Assembly (NCBI GenBank): GCA_965203325.1 | Contig: OZ241875.1 | Span: forward strand, 4,192,001-4,256,000 | Reading direction: 5' to 3' | DNA length: 64,000 nt | Source: a bacterium | Lineage (GTDB): Bacteria; UBA8248 | Shown here: piece by piece, positions 29,644-39,158 of the stretch | Position numbering within the stretch: the first letter of the stretch is position 1 | Layout of the letters: each line of letters begins with the position of its first letter | Notes under the pieces: generated by a model | Databases searched by the model: none | Told to the model about the DNA's origin: nothing | Seen by the model: the letters and a program-made list of their open reading frames with translations, nothing else | Translations under genes and position numbers: made by a program

Positions 29644-30735
29644 ATGTCAGAAGCAACAGAAGCCCAGATTCTAGAGGCTCTGAAGAAAGTGCGAGACCCC
29701 GAGGTCGGAAAAGACCTGGTGAGTCTCAACATGATCAAGGATGTCCAGATTTGTGGAGATTCGGTCGCCTTTACACTGCAGTTGACCACACCTGCGCATC
29801 CGCGCAAGGAAGAGTTCGAGCAGGAGTGCAAGCTGGCGGTCGGCTCTTTGGAGAACGTGAATTCGGTGAACGTCCGGGTGACGAGCCACGTCACCGCGCG
29901 GCCATCGATGGCTGGCAAAATGGACGTCGTTGGTGTGAAGAACATCATCGCCATAGCGAGCGGGAAGGGCGGCGTGGGTAAATCGACCGTGGCGGTGAAC
30001 GTTGCGCTCGCCCTGAGCCGGGAAGGCGCGAAGGTGGGGGTGCTCGACGCGGACATTTACGGGCCGAGCCAGCCCCTGATGCTCGGAATCCCCGCAGCGC
30101 GGCCCATCGCCGAGGAGGGGAACAAGATACGGCCCCTGGAAGCTCATGGGCTCAAAGTCATGTCGATGGGGTTTCTCGTCGATGAGGACAGCCCCGTCAT
30201 CTGGCGCGGTCCCATGGTCATGCGGGCGCTCGTGCAGTTTTTGAGCGAGACGATATGGGGAGAACTCGACTATCTCGTCCTGGACCTGCCCCCCGGCACC
30301 GGCGACGCGCAACTGACCATCGTCCAGCAGGTTTCTCTGGCGGGCGCCGTCATCGTCAGCACGCCGCAGGACATCGCTCTTCTCGATGCGCGCAAGGGTC
30401 TGCAGATGTTCCGGAAAACCGACGTGCCCATTCTCGGGATCATCGAAAACATGAGCTACTACGTGTGCCCCGAATGCGGGCATCGCGAGAACATCTTCGA
30501 CACGGGAGGTGGAGAGAAGGCCTCCCAGCGCTATGAAGTCCCGTTCCTGGGCGCCGTTCCACTCGACATCAAGGTGAGGCTGGGGGGAGACTTCGGCGTT
30601 CCCGTCGTCGCAGGAGAACCCGATCATCCAACGGCCAAGGCGTTTCGAGAGGCGGCGAGAAAAGTGGCCGAGCAGGTGGCCATCGCCAACGCCTCGGGGC
30701 CCATATCGGTGCCGGAACTCAAGATCATCGGGTAA
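29644..30735 (+). CDS. apbC: Mrp/NBP35 Fe-S cluster carrier ApbC
   Basis: N-terminal DUF59-like domain, SGKGGVGKST, DADIYGPS, DLPPGTGD, ENMS..CPEC. Confidence 0.92.
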   Translation: MSEATEAQILEALKKVRDPEVGKDLVSLNMIKDVQICGDSVAFTLQLTTPAHPRKEEFEQECKLAVGSLENVNSVNVRVTSHVTARPSMAGKMDVVGVKNIIAIASGKGGVGKSTVAVNVALALSREGAKVGVLDADIYGPSQPLMLGIPAARPIAEEGNKIRPLEAHGLKVMSMGFLVDEDSPVIWRGPMVMRALVQFLSETIWGELDYLVLDLPPGTGDAQLTIVQQVSLAGAVIVSTPQDIALLDARKGLQMFRKTDVPILGIIENMSYYVCPECGHRENIFDTGGGEKASQRYEVPFLGAVPLDIKVRLGGDFGVPVVAGEPDHPTAKAFREAARKVAEQVAIANASGPISVPELKIIG

Positions 30736-30904
30736 TAATGTGAATCATGTCGGAAGCCGCCCGCGCGGGCAGTTCGGGTACGACATTCCACTCTTGTCCT
30801 GTGAATTATATTTAAGCCCCTAGGCAGCTTTTTTGTGGGTGTGCGGTTTCTCTCCAGCGAGGCACGCAGGCGGTTTTTCATAAGTTTATAAGAGGATTAA
30901 CGTC

Positions 30905-31852
30905 ATGGCGAAAGTAGTCCTAATCGACCCGCTTTATTCGACGCCTGCGTGGAACGTGGCTTCCGACTGGCTGGGCGCGGAGCACGAGGTCGTCGCTCCG
31001 GCAGAATATACCCCGGAGGCCATCGAGCCGCTGCTGCCGGATTCGGAGGGCATTCTCACCGTGTTCCGGCCCGTTTCGCCCGAGATGATGGACATGGCGC
31101 CGAATCTCAAGGTGGTGGCCAAACCGGGTGCGGGCGTGGACAACATCGACGTCGATGCGGCGAACGAGCGCGGCGTCATGGTGTGCAACGTCGAGGGCGT
31201 GCGGGGGCGCTCGGTCGCGGAACACGCCTTTTTCATGGCGCTGTATCTCGCGCGTCACGCCTGGATGCGCGATGAGCAGGAAACCTGGGAGCACGTGCCT
31301 GCGGTGCAACTGGGCGGCAAATCGCTCGGTATCGTGGGGCTCGGGGATATCGGCAGGAGAGCAGCGCGCATCGGTCATGGTTTCGGCATGGAGTTGCTCA
31401 TCAACACGCGGACGGAGGATCCCTCCTACGTGCCCGAGGCGAAGCTGGAGTTCACCTCTTTCGACGCGCTTTTGCCGCGTGCCGATTTCCTGATCTTGTG
31501 CATGCCCCTGGCGCCCGAGATGCGGGGCATCATGAACAGGGCGAATCTCTTGAAAATGAAGCCGGACGCCATTCTCATCAACGTTTCGAGAGGCCCCGCC
31601 GTGGTGAGCGACGATCTTCTGGAGGTGATGCGCGGCGGCCATCTCGCGGGCGCAGGGCTCGATGTCACCGATCCCGAGCCTTTGCCGAAAGACCATGGCC
31701 TGTGGGGGCTCGAGAACGTCATCATCAGCCCGCACCACGCTTCCCGGACACCCGAGACGCAGGTCGCCGCCATGGATCGCACCGCAGAGAACATGCGCCT
31801 GGCTTTAGGCGGCCAAAGACCCGTGAACATCGTGAATCCCGGGGTCATGTAA
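30905..31852 (+). CDS. D-isomer specific 2-hydroxyacid dehydrogenase
   Basis: GAGVDNID, GLGDIG, INVSRG, LDVTDPEP, ISPH. Confidence 0.9.
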   Translation: MAKVVLIDPLYSTPAWNVASDWLGAEHEVVAPAEYTPEAIEPLLPDSEGILTVFRPVSPEMMDMAPNLKVVAKPGAGVDNIDVDAANERGVMVCNVEGVRGRSVAEHAFFMALYLARHAWMRDEQETWEHVPAVQLGGKSLGIVGLGDIGRRAARIGHGFGMELLINTRTEDPSYVPEAKLEFTSFDALLPRADFLILCMPLAPEMRGIMNRANLLKMKPDAILINVSRGPAVVSDDLLEVMRGGHLAGAGLDVTDPEPLPKDHGLWGLENVIISPHHASRTPETQVAAMDRTAENMRLALGGQRPVNIVNPGVM

Positions 31853-31904
31853 GCGATTCCCCAAGCCGGACAGGCCGATGGAGGCCGGCCGGGTCGGAGT
31901 ATGA

Positions 31905-32762
31905 ATGCCGTTTGAATTGGTTGCCCTGAGCCCGGCCATCTTCTTCGCCCTCTCGAGCATCATGACCAGGAGGGGGCTGGACGGCAGCACGCCGCACACG
32001 GGCAGCCTGGTCGTCCTGATCATGCAGCTTGTCTTCTTCTCCGCCTGCCTGGTGGCGGTGGATTTCTCCCGAATATCGGTTTCGGTCCACTGGGTCGCTT
32101 TTCTGGCGGCGGGGATTTCCTCGCCTACTTTGGCGTTGATGTTCCTGTTTCGCTCCATCCAGAGGATCGGCGTCGCCTCCACCAGCCCGGTCTCCAACAC
32201 CCACCCCATTTTCGGGGCGTTCTGGGCGTTTCTGGTGCTGGGGGAACGCCCGCCCGCCGTCTTGTGGCTGGGTATCCTCGTCGTCGTGGCCGGTGTTTTC
32301 TGCATGACGAGCGGAGGAGGTCCGCTCGCCAGAGGCCGCGTGCTGCTGTTGCCGGTCACCGCGGCGGCTTTCATGGGGCTCGCCCACACGTTCAGGAAAA
32401 TGGGGCTGGGAGGCGTGGAATCCCTTGTTTTCGGGGGGTTTCTGCAATCCGTCTCGGCATGCGCCCTGGGTCCTTTGATCCTGAAGGCGGGCACCGGGTG
32501 GAGGCCGTTCGTGTTCAACAGGCCCTCGCTCGGCAACTTCATCCTGGCGGGTCTCGCGATGGCGGCCGCCCAGTTGACGTTGATGGCCGCCCTGAGCATG
32601 GGGGAGGTGTCGCGCGTGACGCCCATGGTGGCGACGGTGCCGCTTTTCATGCTCGTGCTCGCACCCTTGATACTCGGGGAGCGCGAGAGGATCACCCCGC
32701 GTATCGTCCTGGGCGTGCTGATCACGGTGGCGGGGGTGATTCTGGTGACTTCGCTGCGCTAG
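31905..32762 (+). CDS. DMT/EamA family transporter
   Basis: Hydrophobic two-repeat architecture with LGER motifs. Confidence 0.85.
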   Translation: MPFELVALSPAIFFALSSIMTRRGLDGSTPHTGSLVVLIMQLVFFSACLVAVDFSRISVSVHWVAFLAAGISSPTLALMFLFRSIQRIGVASTSPVSNTHPIFGAFWAFLVLGERPPAVLWLGILVVVAGVFCMTSGGGPLARGRVLLLPVTAAAFMGLAHTFRKMGLGGVESLVFGGFLQSVSACALGPLILKAGTGWRPFVFNRPSLGNFILAGLAMAAAQLTLMAALSMGEVSRVTPMVATVPLFMLVLAPLILGERERITPRIVLGVLITVAGVILVTSLR

Positions 32763-33115
32763 GCGCGATCCGGCCCGGTTTCGACGTAACGCCTTATCTT
32801 TCAAATATATAAACTTTCAGAAATTTACCGGAAAACCCTGTTAATTTATCGGTATTTATCGTATTTTTCAGAAATTCCCCCCGCCGCCGGACGCGGCGAC
32901 TCGCCCCGCGAGCATAGCCGATACCCGGGAGCGCGCATGACGGCAAATGCGGGGAAATGCGCGCCGGCGCGGACCCGCGCGTCCACGCCCGCGTTTTGTT
33001 TTCACCGTCGTTCCGGCGAATGACGGTGGAGACCGGAAGATTGGCCGAAGCCGGGGGGGGTGGAGATGCAGCGGCGTTCTCGAAAACGGCGAGGCGGATT
33101 TTCGGGGAGAGGCGC

Positions 33116-34090
33116 TCAGGCGGCGATTTCGAGATGGGGCGATTCCCCCAGGATGAGGGAGCGGAATTTTTCCAGAATGTGAGGATTTCGCCGGACGATC
33201 TCGAACAGCATCCCCAGGCTGAGGTGGTTGCCGAAATCATCGTCCCATTCCAACTGGTTCTTGCAGTTCTCCCTTGTCAACCGGAAGCGGGACCAGGAGA
33301 GTTTCCCGTCGGCTTGTTCATCCATCCCCACGATGAGTTCGTCTCCGTAAAACCAGATCCACATTTCCAAATCGTTGACGCGGACGGGTTCGACTTCGGG
33401 CCGCCCGCCCTTGAACCTGCCGAATGCGCCCACGCGGGCGAATGAGGGAACGTCGTCGCCGGTAACGCCGAGCTTATGGAGAATCTCCATCCCCAGTTCG
33501 AATGAAATCTCGGGGTCGTCGTTGTTGTGGGTGGAAAATTGTCCCACCACATCTTTCTCGCCCAAGTCGATTTTGAGCAGGGCGTATGGCTTCTCTCTCT
33601 TGAGAAACAGCCAGAACTTGAACTCGCCGGCTTCGGTTTGTTCCCAGTATCTTTCTGCGTCCTCGCGCTTTCCGACGCAGATTTCGAGAGTTTTTCCGAT
33701 GGCCATGAGCTTCTTGAGGGAGAGCACCTCTTCTAGCCGGAATTCCCCGCTGAGGGGGATGATTTTTGGGGCGGCTTCTGCTTCGGCGCGCCTCTCGCGG
33801 GCGTCGGTCAATGCCTTTTTAAGGTGGCTCACATTCTTGCAGGCTTCTTCGAAGGAATGGCGGCAGCTCTTGAGGAGTTTCCCGGCCCTGCGCCTCACGG
33901 CCTCGTCCTCATGCCCGGAGCACTTGAGAGCTTGCCGGATGGACCTGAGTGCGGTGCGCACGGTTCGCTCGCCGGTCTCTCCCTTCTCTTGCAGGTATGC
34001 GTCGAGCCCTTTCTTGAATTTTTCGAGGGGGAAATCCTCGCCTGCTTCTTTTTTCAGGCGGTTCCACTGCATCAGGCATTCGGCGTTCAT
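33116..34090 (-). CDS. Hypothetical protein
   Basis: Long ORF with GGAG RBS before MNAECL; no recognised family. Confidence 0.65.
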   Translation of the reverse strand: MNAECLMQWNRLKKEAGEDFPLEKFKKGLDAYLQEKGETGERTVRTALRSIRQALKCSGHEDEAVRRRAGKLLKSCRHSFEEACKNVSHLKKALTDARERRAEAEAAPKIIPLSGEFRLEEVLSLKKLMAIGKTLEICVGKREDAERYWEQTEAGEFKFWLFLKREKPYALLKIDLGEKDVVGQFSTHNNDDPEISFELGMEILHKLGVTGDDVPSFARVGAFGRFKGGRPEVEPVRVNDLEMWIWFYGDELIVGMDEQADGKLSWSRFRLTRENCKNQLEWDDDFGNHLSLGMLFEIVRRNPHILEKFRSLILGESPHLEIAA

Positions 34091-34133
34091 GTTTTCTCCT
34101 TCTTCATCAACCCGGTTGAAAGAAAACGCGGCT

Positions 34134-34307
34134 TTACGATTTGAACCAGCCCTTCTTCTCGGGCTTTGGCGGAGGAGGTGGGGGAGGATATGCCCGCTCC
34201 AGAGCGTCGGCAATTCTTTCCAGCGAATTACTGATCTCGAGAAATTTGCTAAATGCCGCAATAATTACTCCCTTTTCCACAGTGGTAAAGATGGAATCAT
34301 TTGCCAT
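34134..34307 (-). CDS. Small hypothetical protein with Pro-rich C-terminus
   Basis: MANDSIF...LERIADALERAYPPPPPPKPEKKGWFKS; AGGA RBS. Confidence 0.55.
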   Translation of the reverse strand: MANDSIFTTVEKGVIIAAFSKFLEISNSLERIADALERAYPPPPPPPKPEKKGWFKS

Positions 34308-34469
34308 CGTTTCATCCTTTCCTGGCTGTATAGTTTGCGCGATACGCCACGAGTCCGTAACGCAACCATGCCCTGTCTTCATGTTCGAGTCCTTCCCGAA
34401 ACCAATCCTTCACCATCTTATTGACCCATTTCATCGCGTCATTATGAATTTTGTTCTGTTTCGTTTCAC

Positions 34470-35450
34470 TCATTTTTCAAATTGGCTCTCCTGTTCGTCC
34501 GCCTCGTCTTCCGGGCCGGTTTCGCCGCTCAACATTTTCCCGAGTTTCACGGCGGCGGCGATCATTTCCTCGCAGGCGGCCCATTGATCGTCCGTGATCT
34601 GCGCCTCCAGCCAATTCAGGCGCTCACGTGTCGCGTCTTCGCCCTCGCCGCGCAGGCGCTTGGGGATCTGGCCGAGGCGCGCGTGCCCGTGGGAGAGGAC
34701 CCACCCGGCGCGCCGTGAGCCGCCGGTGATGCGCGCTCGGCTCTCGGGGAAAAGATAGCCCCTGCAGCTGATGTCGGGGTCGAACTCGACGTCGGCGGGG
34801 TCGAGCGCGCCGTTGCCGGCTTCCAGGTTTTCAGCCAGTCGCTTCAGGAAATTGGAGAAGGGGTTCCCGTTTTCCCGATACGCCTCCCAGCGGGGGTCGT
34901 CCCACTCGAGGTTTCCGGGGTGGCGGAACAGGTCGCGCCTCCCGATGGATTCCTCCTCCTCCTCATATGCCCACCCGGAGTCTGCGAGATGCTCGGGCAG
35001 GGCGCGGTTGAATTCTTCGAGGACGTCTCTGGCTTCCTCGACACGGCGGCGGCGCTCGGCGAGGCTCAATTCGGCGAGGAGGGTGAAGAGCATGGGGGCC
35101 TCCTCGATGAGTCTGTGCACCTCCACCCCGTAGTGTTCCTCCACCATGTCGTAGGCGAGGGCGGTTTCGCTGTCCAAGTGAACCCTGGGGCCTGAGGCTC
35201 TCGAAGCGGAATGGATTCGGGCTTCTTCCCGCACGAGTTCGGATTCAGGAGCCTCGGCCAGAATTCGGGGGTTTGAGAGTCCGAGAGCGCCGGCGATGAG
35301 CCTCACGGTGGCCCCGTGGGATTCGCCTGCATATCCGCCCTCGATGCGGCCGATGGTCTTCTTGTCGACTTTCGCCCTGTCGGCCAGTTCCTGCTGGCTC
35401 AAATTCCTGATTTTGCGCAGCATTTTCAGTGTTTCGGGTTGTATCTTCAT
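34470..35450 (-). CDS. XRE-family HTH regulator with large C-terminal domain
   Basis: LKMLRKIRNLSQQELADRAKVDKKTIGRIEGG. Confidence 0.8.
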   Translation of the reverse strand: MKIQPETLKMLRKIRNLSQQELADRAKVDKKTIGRIEGGYAGESHGATVRLIAGALGLSNPRILAEAPESELVREEARIHSASRASGPRVHLDSETALAYDMVEEHYGVEVHRLIEEAPMLFTLLAELSLAERRRRVEEARDVLEEFNRALPEHLADSGWAYEEEEESIGRRDLFRHPGNLEWDDPRWEAYRENGNPFSNFLKRLAENLEAGNGALDPADVEFDPDISCRGYLFPESRARITGGSRRAGWVLSHGHARLGQIPKRLRGEGEDATRERLNWLEAQITDDQWAACEEMIAAAVKLGKMLSGETGPEDEADEQESQFEK

Positions 35451-36090
35451 CGTAATGAGCCTCGTGTGCGGAAGGTTGGTGTTCTCCGTGTTGCAGGTAA
35501 AGATAATCCTTTGCAATGAGGACATCAAGAGGAATATTGGGGGAATATGTATATCAATAAAGAGATATTCAGTATATTTTAGTGATAATGTCCCTGATAT
35601 AGGGTGTTGTAGGGTTTTGAGAGGATTGCACGGGAGATTCGGGTCGAAGCCGAAGGGGAGAGTAGTGATTTTCACCTTTGCTCGTCTTAGAGACAAGAGC
35701 AGTTTCGGGCATTTTCGATTGTCCTGTAAGGTGCTGTTATTAGCTTAGTTAACAGGTTGCCATGAATCTTCCCTGGCAGGCCCGTAATCAAAACGAAAGC
35801 GGGTTCATTACAACTCCAGAGCAACCCGGCGCGCGGGGGTCGTCGGACCTCAGGCCCGTATGAAGATGCAAGGACCGGTCCGAATCGATTACGCGAGCTT
35901 GAAAGTTTTCCGTTCGAGTACCGTTTTCCCGATCCCGTATCGATGACCGTATGTGGACGTACATGGACACCAGCATAGGACATAGAGATGCGGTGACCGG
36001 CATATCACCGCACTCGGCGAGTCGATACGGACGAGCGTGGCATGATAGAACTTATGGCCCGTGATCGGGAGCGAGTGAATCAGGGACAAC

Positions 36091-37140
36091 ATGAGGGATT
36101 CGTCAGCCATGGTCGTGCCGAAAAACGAGGGGAGGGTATGCGATGCAGTCGTCAGGACCCTCGAAAAATGGACACTCGAGACGCGCTCGGATGTCCGCCG
36201 TCCCGACAAGGAGGGAGGCATTCCTCCCGTCGACCTCCGTGTGAAGATCGGCTCCCGGGAATATGCGATCGAGCACACCCGGATCGAGTCGGTTGAAAAT
36301 CAGATTACGACCGTGTTTGTCGCGAGACGGATCACTGAGCACATCAAAAAAACTATCCCGGAGCCTTTTTCAAGCCCGGCCTACTACGAACTGCAATTCC
36401 CGGTCGACGTTTCCCTGCCCAAAGGCCGAGTCAAAAGAGAACGAGCACTTGGTGCTCTCGTCGAATGGCTCCGAGCGAGCGAGAAAATCCTGCGCGAGCG
36501 GAGCTCCGACCACATCTTATTGGTCCGCGATCCTTCTTGGTCCGATGATCGCATCCAGGGAACCCCGCCGGGATTTGACTGTGAATTCGAACTGCTGCGA
36601 TGGCGGAGTGCACGACTCGTGCAACGAAAGCCGGGATCACTTTCGTTCAGATTCATTCCTCCGGACAATCTGGAAAGCCCGCGTTTGGAGAGTCTCCGGC
36701 ATGCCTTTTCCAGGAAATGCCCCAAGCTTGAGGACTGCAAGGCGGATGGCGCACGTACCGTTCTGGTTTTGGAAAGCGGTGATCCGGGCCTTACGAGCTT
36801 CGAGTTCCGCGGAGACCTTCTCCCTTCGCTGCTATCGGCGTGCACAAATGCGCCAGACGAGATCTTCCTGGTGGAAACCCGCAGTGAACATTGGTCGGTG
36901 CAGCTGCTCAAGCGCGACGGGGCTCATTGGCCTGACACCGGAATGCCCGAAATGGGCGTCTCCTACTACGACCCCGATCCATCGTCCCTGCCGGGTATAC
37001 CCGAATGGCTTGCCGGCATCCCCCAATGGATGCGCGATGCCATGCAGTACGACCGCATGTATACGCCCTTCTTGTCGGGGTGGGCTCCCAAAACCTTCGA
37101 GAAAGGCGAATTGTCCGATCTGACGGCAACACCGGCGTAA
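36091..37140 (+). CDS. Hypothetical protein, possible PD-(D/E)XK-like fold
   Basis: 349 aa ORF; PVDLRV...AIEHTRIE pattern. Confidence 0.55.
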   Translation: MRDSSAMVVPKNEGRVCDAVVRTLEKWTLETRSDVRRPDKEGGIPPVDLRVKIGSREYAIEHTRIESVENQITTVFVARRITEHIKKTIPEPFSSPAYYELQFPVDVSLPKGRVKRERALGALVEWLRASEKILRERSSDHILLVRDPSWSDDRIQGTPPGFDCEFELLRWRSARLVQRKPGSLSFRFIPPDNLESPRLESLRHAFSRKCPKLEDCKADGARTVLVLESGDPGLTSFEFRGDLLPSLLSACTNAPDEIFLVETRSEHWSVQLLKRDGAHWPDTGMPEMGVSYYDPDPSSLPGIPEWLAGIPQWMRDAMQYDRMYTPFLSGWAPKTFEKGELSDLTATPA

Positions 37141-37720
37141 CCACCATGCCCGAACAATCATCGAAAGACGTGTAAGGGAAAACGGTCAATCAGACAGGAT
37201 CGGGAAAATCCGGGCCGTTGGCATACAATCCACGAAGGAATGTCCGCCTGTTTCGGCTTGGCCGTATTGTATTTGGCGGACGACCCGGAACATCAGCATA
37301 CGATGCGATAAAAACGAATGAAACAAGGGAATCGGCGCCGTTTCGACCTGCGGACGGGCAGCGCGCAGCGCCTTGCCGCGGCCGGGGCTTCTCCGGTCGA
37401 GATGCAACTCGCCGGGCGCCGCCAATCGCCGGTCATGCCGGAGCGCCATTCGCAGGGACGGCTCGCGAAACAGCCCACTGCGGCGTGAACGAAAGAGGCT
37501 TTCGAGCTCTCGCCCGGGGGGCGGCGTCCTTCCTTTTTTTCCGTAGCGCCTCGCTGCACGTTCCCCGGCGACCTTCGTTTTCCGGAAAACCCCCTTGATT
37601 TCAGGTTGAATCGATGAGCGACCCGCTCGCGGACGCGGTCGCGGACTCTTCCCGGGTGTACCTTTCGCGCTAGAAACAACGATTGAACGGGCGCTCGCAC
37701 TTTCCTTATGTTCGCGCGCC

Positions 37721-38440
37721 ATGACCGCGTTCGACGACGATACCGGCACCCCGCTGGACGAGCGGCTGCGCCGGAGCATTGCGCTCTGGCGCGCGCGCCG
37801 CGGGATGAGCGCGAGGCGCTTCGGGGTGGGCGCGCTGGGCATTCCCGGCTTCGTGGGACTGCACGCCCGGGGGCGGCCCCTGCGGGTCGACACGGCGGAC
37901 CGGGTGCTCGCGTTCATGGGGTATCCGCCCCTGGGACCGCTCCTGCGGGCCGAGGTCGAGGCGTTTCTCGCGGTGAGCGGGACGAAGGTCTCGATCCTGG
38001 GCGAGGAGACCGTGGGGAATCCCTCCTTCGTAGGAAGGCTGCGCCGGGGCGCCTCGCCGTATCTCAAGACCTTCGACCGGGTGCGCGCCTGGATGGCGGC
38101 CAACGCGACGGGAGAGGAGGTCCGCGCCATACGCGAGAGGCTCGCGGACTTGCCCGATCCGTTCGACGGGACGTGGGACGCCGCCGGGGAACCCGGGGCC
38201 GCGGGAGACGTCGATGAACTTGCGGAGGAGAACCACCTAGACACGCGGGAGGCGGCCGCCTGGCTCGGCCTCTCGCCCAAGACGCTCGAGCGCTACCGCG
38301 TGAGCGGAGAGGGGCCGGATTTTCTTCGCACCGGATACCGGGTGCGCTACCTGCTCGAAGACCTCGAGAAGTGGGCCTCCGCCCGGAGGTGGACTTCCAC
38401 GTCCGAGGAGAGAGCCGCCCGGAGAAAGAAGAGGCGGTAG
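37721..38440 (+). CDS. Tandem Cro-like domains fused to an excisionase/AlpA-type HTH
   Basis: Two similar ~60 aa units (G.P.FV....RG..........DRV.A.M), then LDTREAAAWLGLSPKTLERYR..GEGPDF...RVRY. Confidence 0.75.
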   Translation: MTAFDDDTGTPLDERLRRSIALWRARRGMSARRFGVGALGIPGFVGLHARGRPLRVDTADRVLAFMGYPPLGPLLRAEVEAFLAVSGTKVSILGEETVGNPSFVGRLRRGASPYLKTFDRVRAWMAANATGEEVRAIRERLADLPDPFDGTWDAAGEPGAAGDVDELAEENHLDTREAAAWLGLSPKTLERYRVSGEGPDFLRTGYRVRYLLEDLEKWASARRWTSTSEERAARRKKRR

Positions 38441-38850
38441 AGAGATATTCGAGAGAAGACGGGCGTCCTGCACACTGCGGACCTGCCCGGAGCGAAGGAC
38501 ATGCTCACGACGAAACGCCGGGCGGACCTCACCGCCCGTAGCGCAGCCTCGCCATCGCGGCCACGGCCGCCGAGTGCCCCCCCTCGTAGAGATCCCCCCA
38601 GGTACGCCGCTATCCCGGCGTCGATCTCTGGGTTGCCCGAACGCTCGAATCCCCTAAGCGTCGGGTCGGATGGTCTTGCCCCCGTCGTTATGCCGAGAAG
38701 CCAACCTTCCGGGTCGGTGGTCGTGTCCATTCCCTGGGGCCGCCCGAGCGCCTCCTCGATTGCCAAGTATGGACGACGACGGGGAATTTCCACAAAAAAA
38801 AGCCGTTTCGCAAGCGAATACCGGCGAAACGGCGGGTTTCTGGAGTCCGA

Positions 38851-39041
38851 TAATTGACGTTATCAGAAAATTTAACACCTCTCACGGCCATGTCAAGCAC
38901 GAATCCGGGGTCCCCGGAGGGGTTTCGGGTGCCGTTTTGCGTCTTTTTTCGCTCATGTTTCGCTCATTTGCAGCCCGAATGCCCCCCGAAACGGGTTTTT
39001 CGGCGGAAAACGGGGCTTCTGGGGGCCGATAACGTCAATTA
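38851..39041. promoter_or_regulatory. Candidate invertible promoter segment (14-bp inverted repeats, promoter on minus strand)
   Basis: TAATTGACGTTATC 38851-38864 and GATAACGTCAATTA 39028-39041; minus-strand TTGACA(38896-38891)-16 nt-TAAATT(38874-38869) with TGn extension. Confidence 0.7.
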
Positions 39042-39158
39042 GCGGACACCAGCCCGGGTTCGAGGCGGCGCATACCGCAGGAATCCGCCTCTCGCGGAAA
39101 GACTCACGACCGGTTGCGTCAGCTTGAACCCGAAATCTCTGAACAGGGGGCATTCCAA

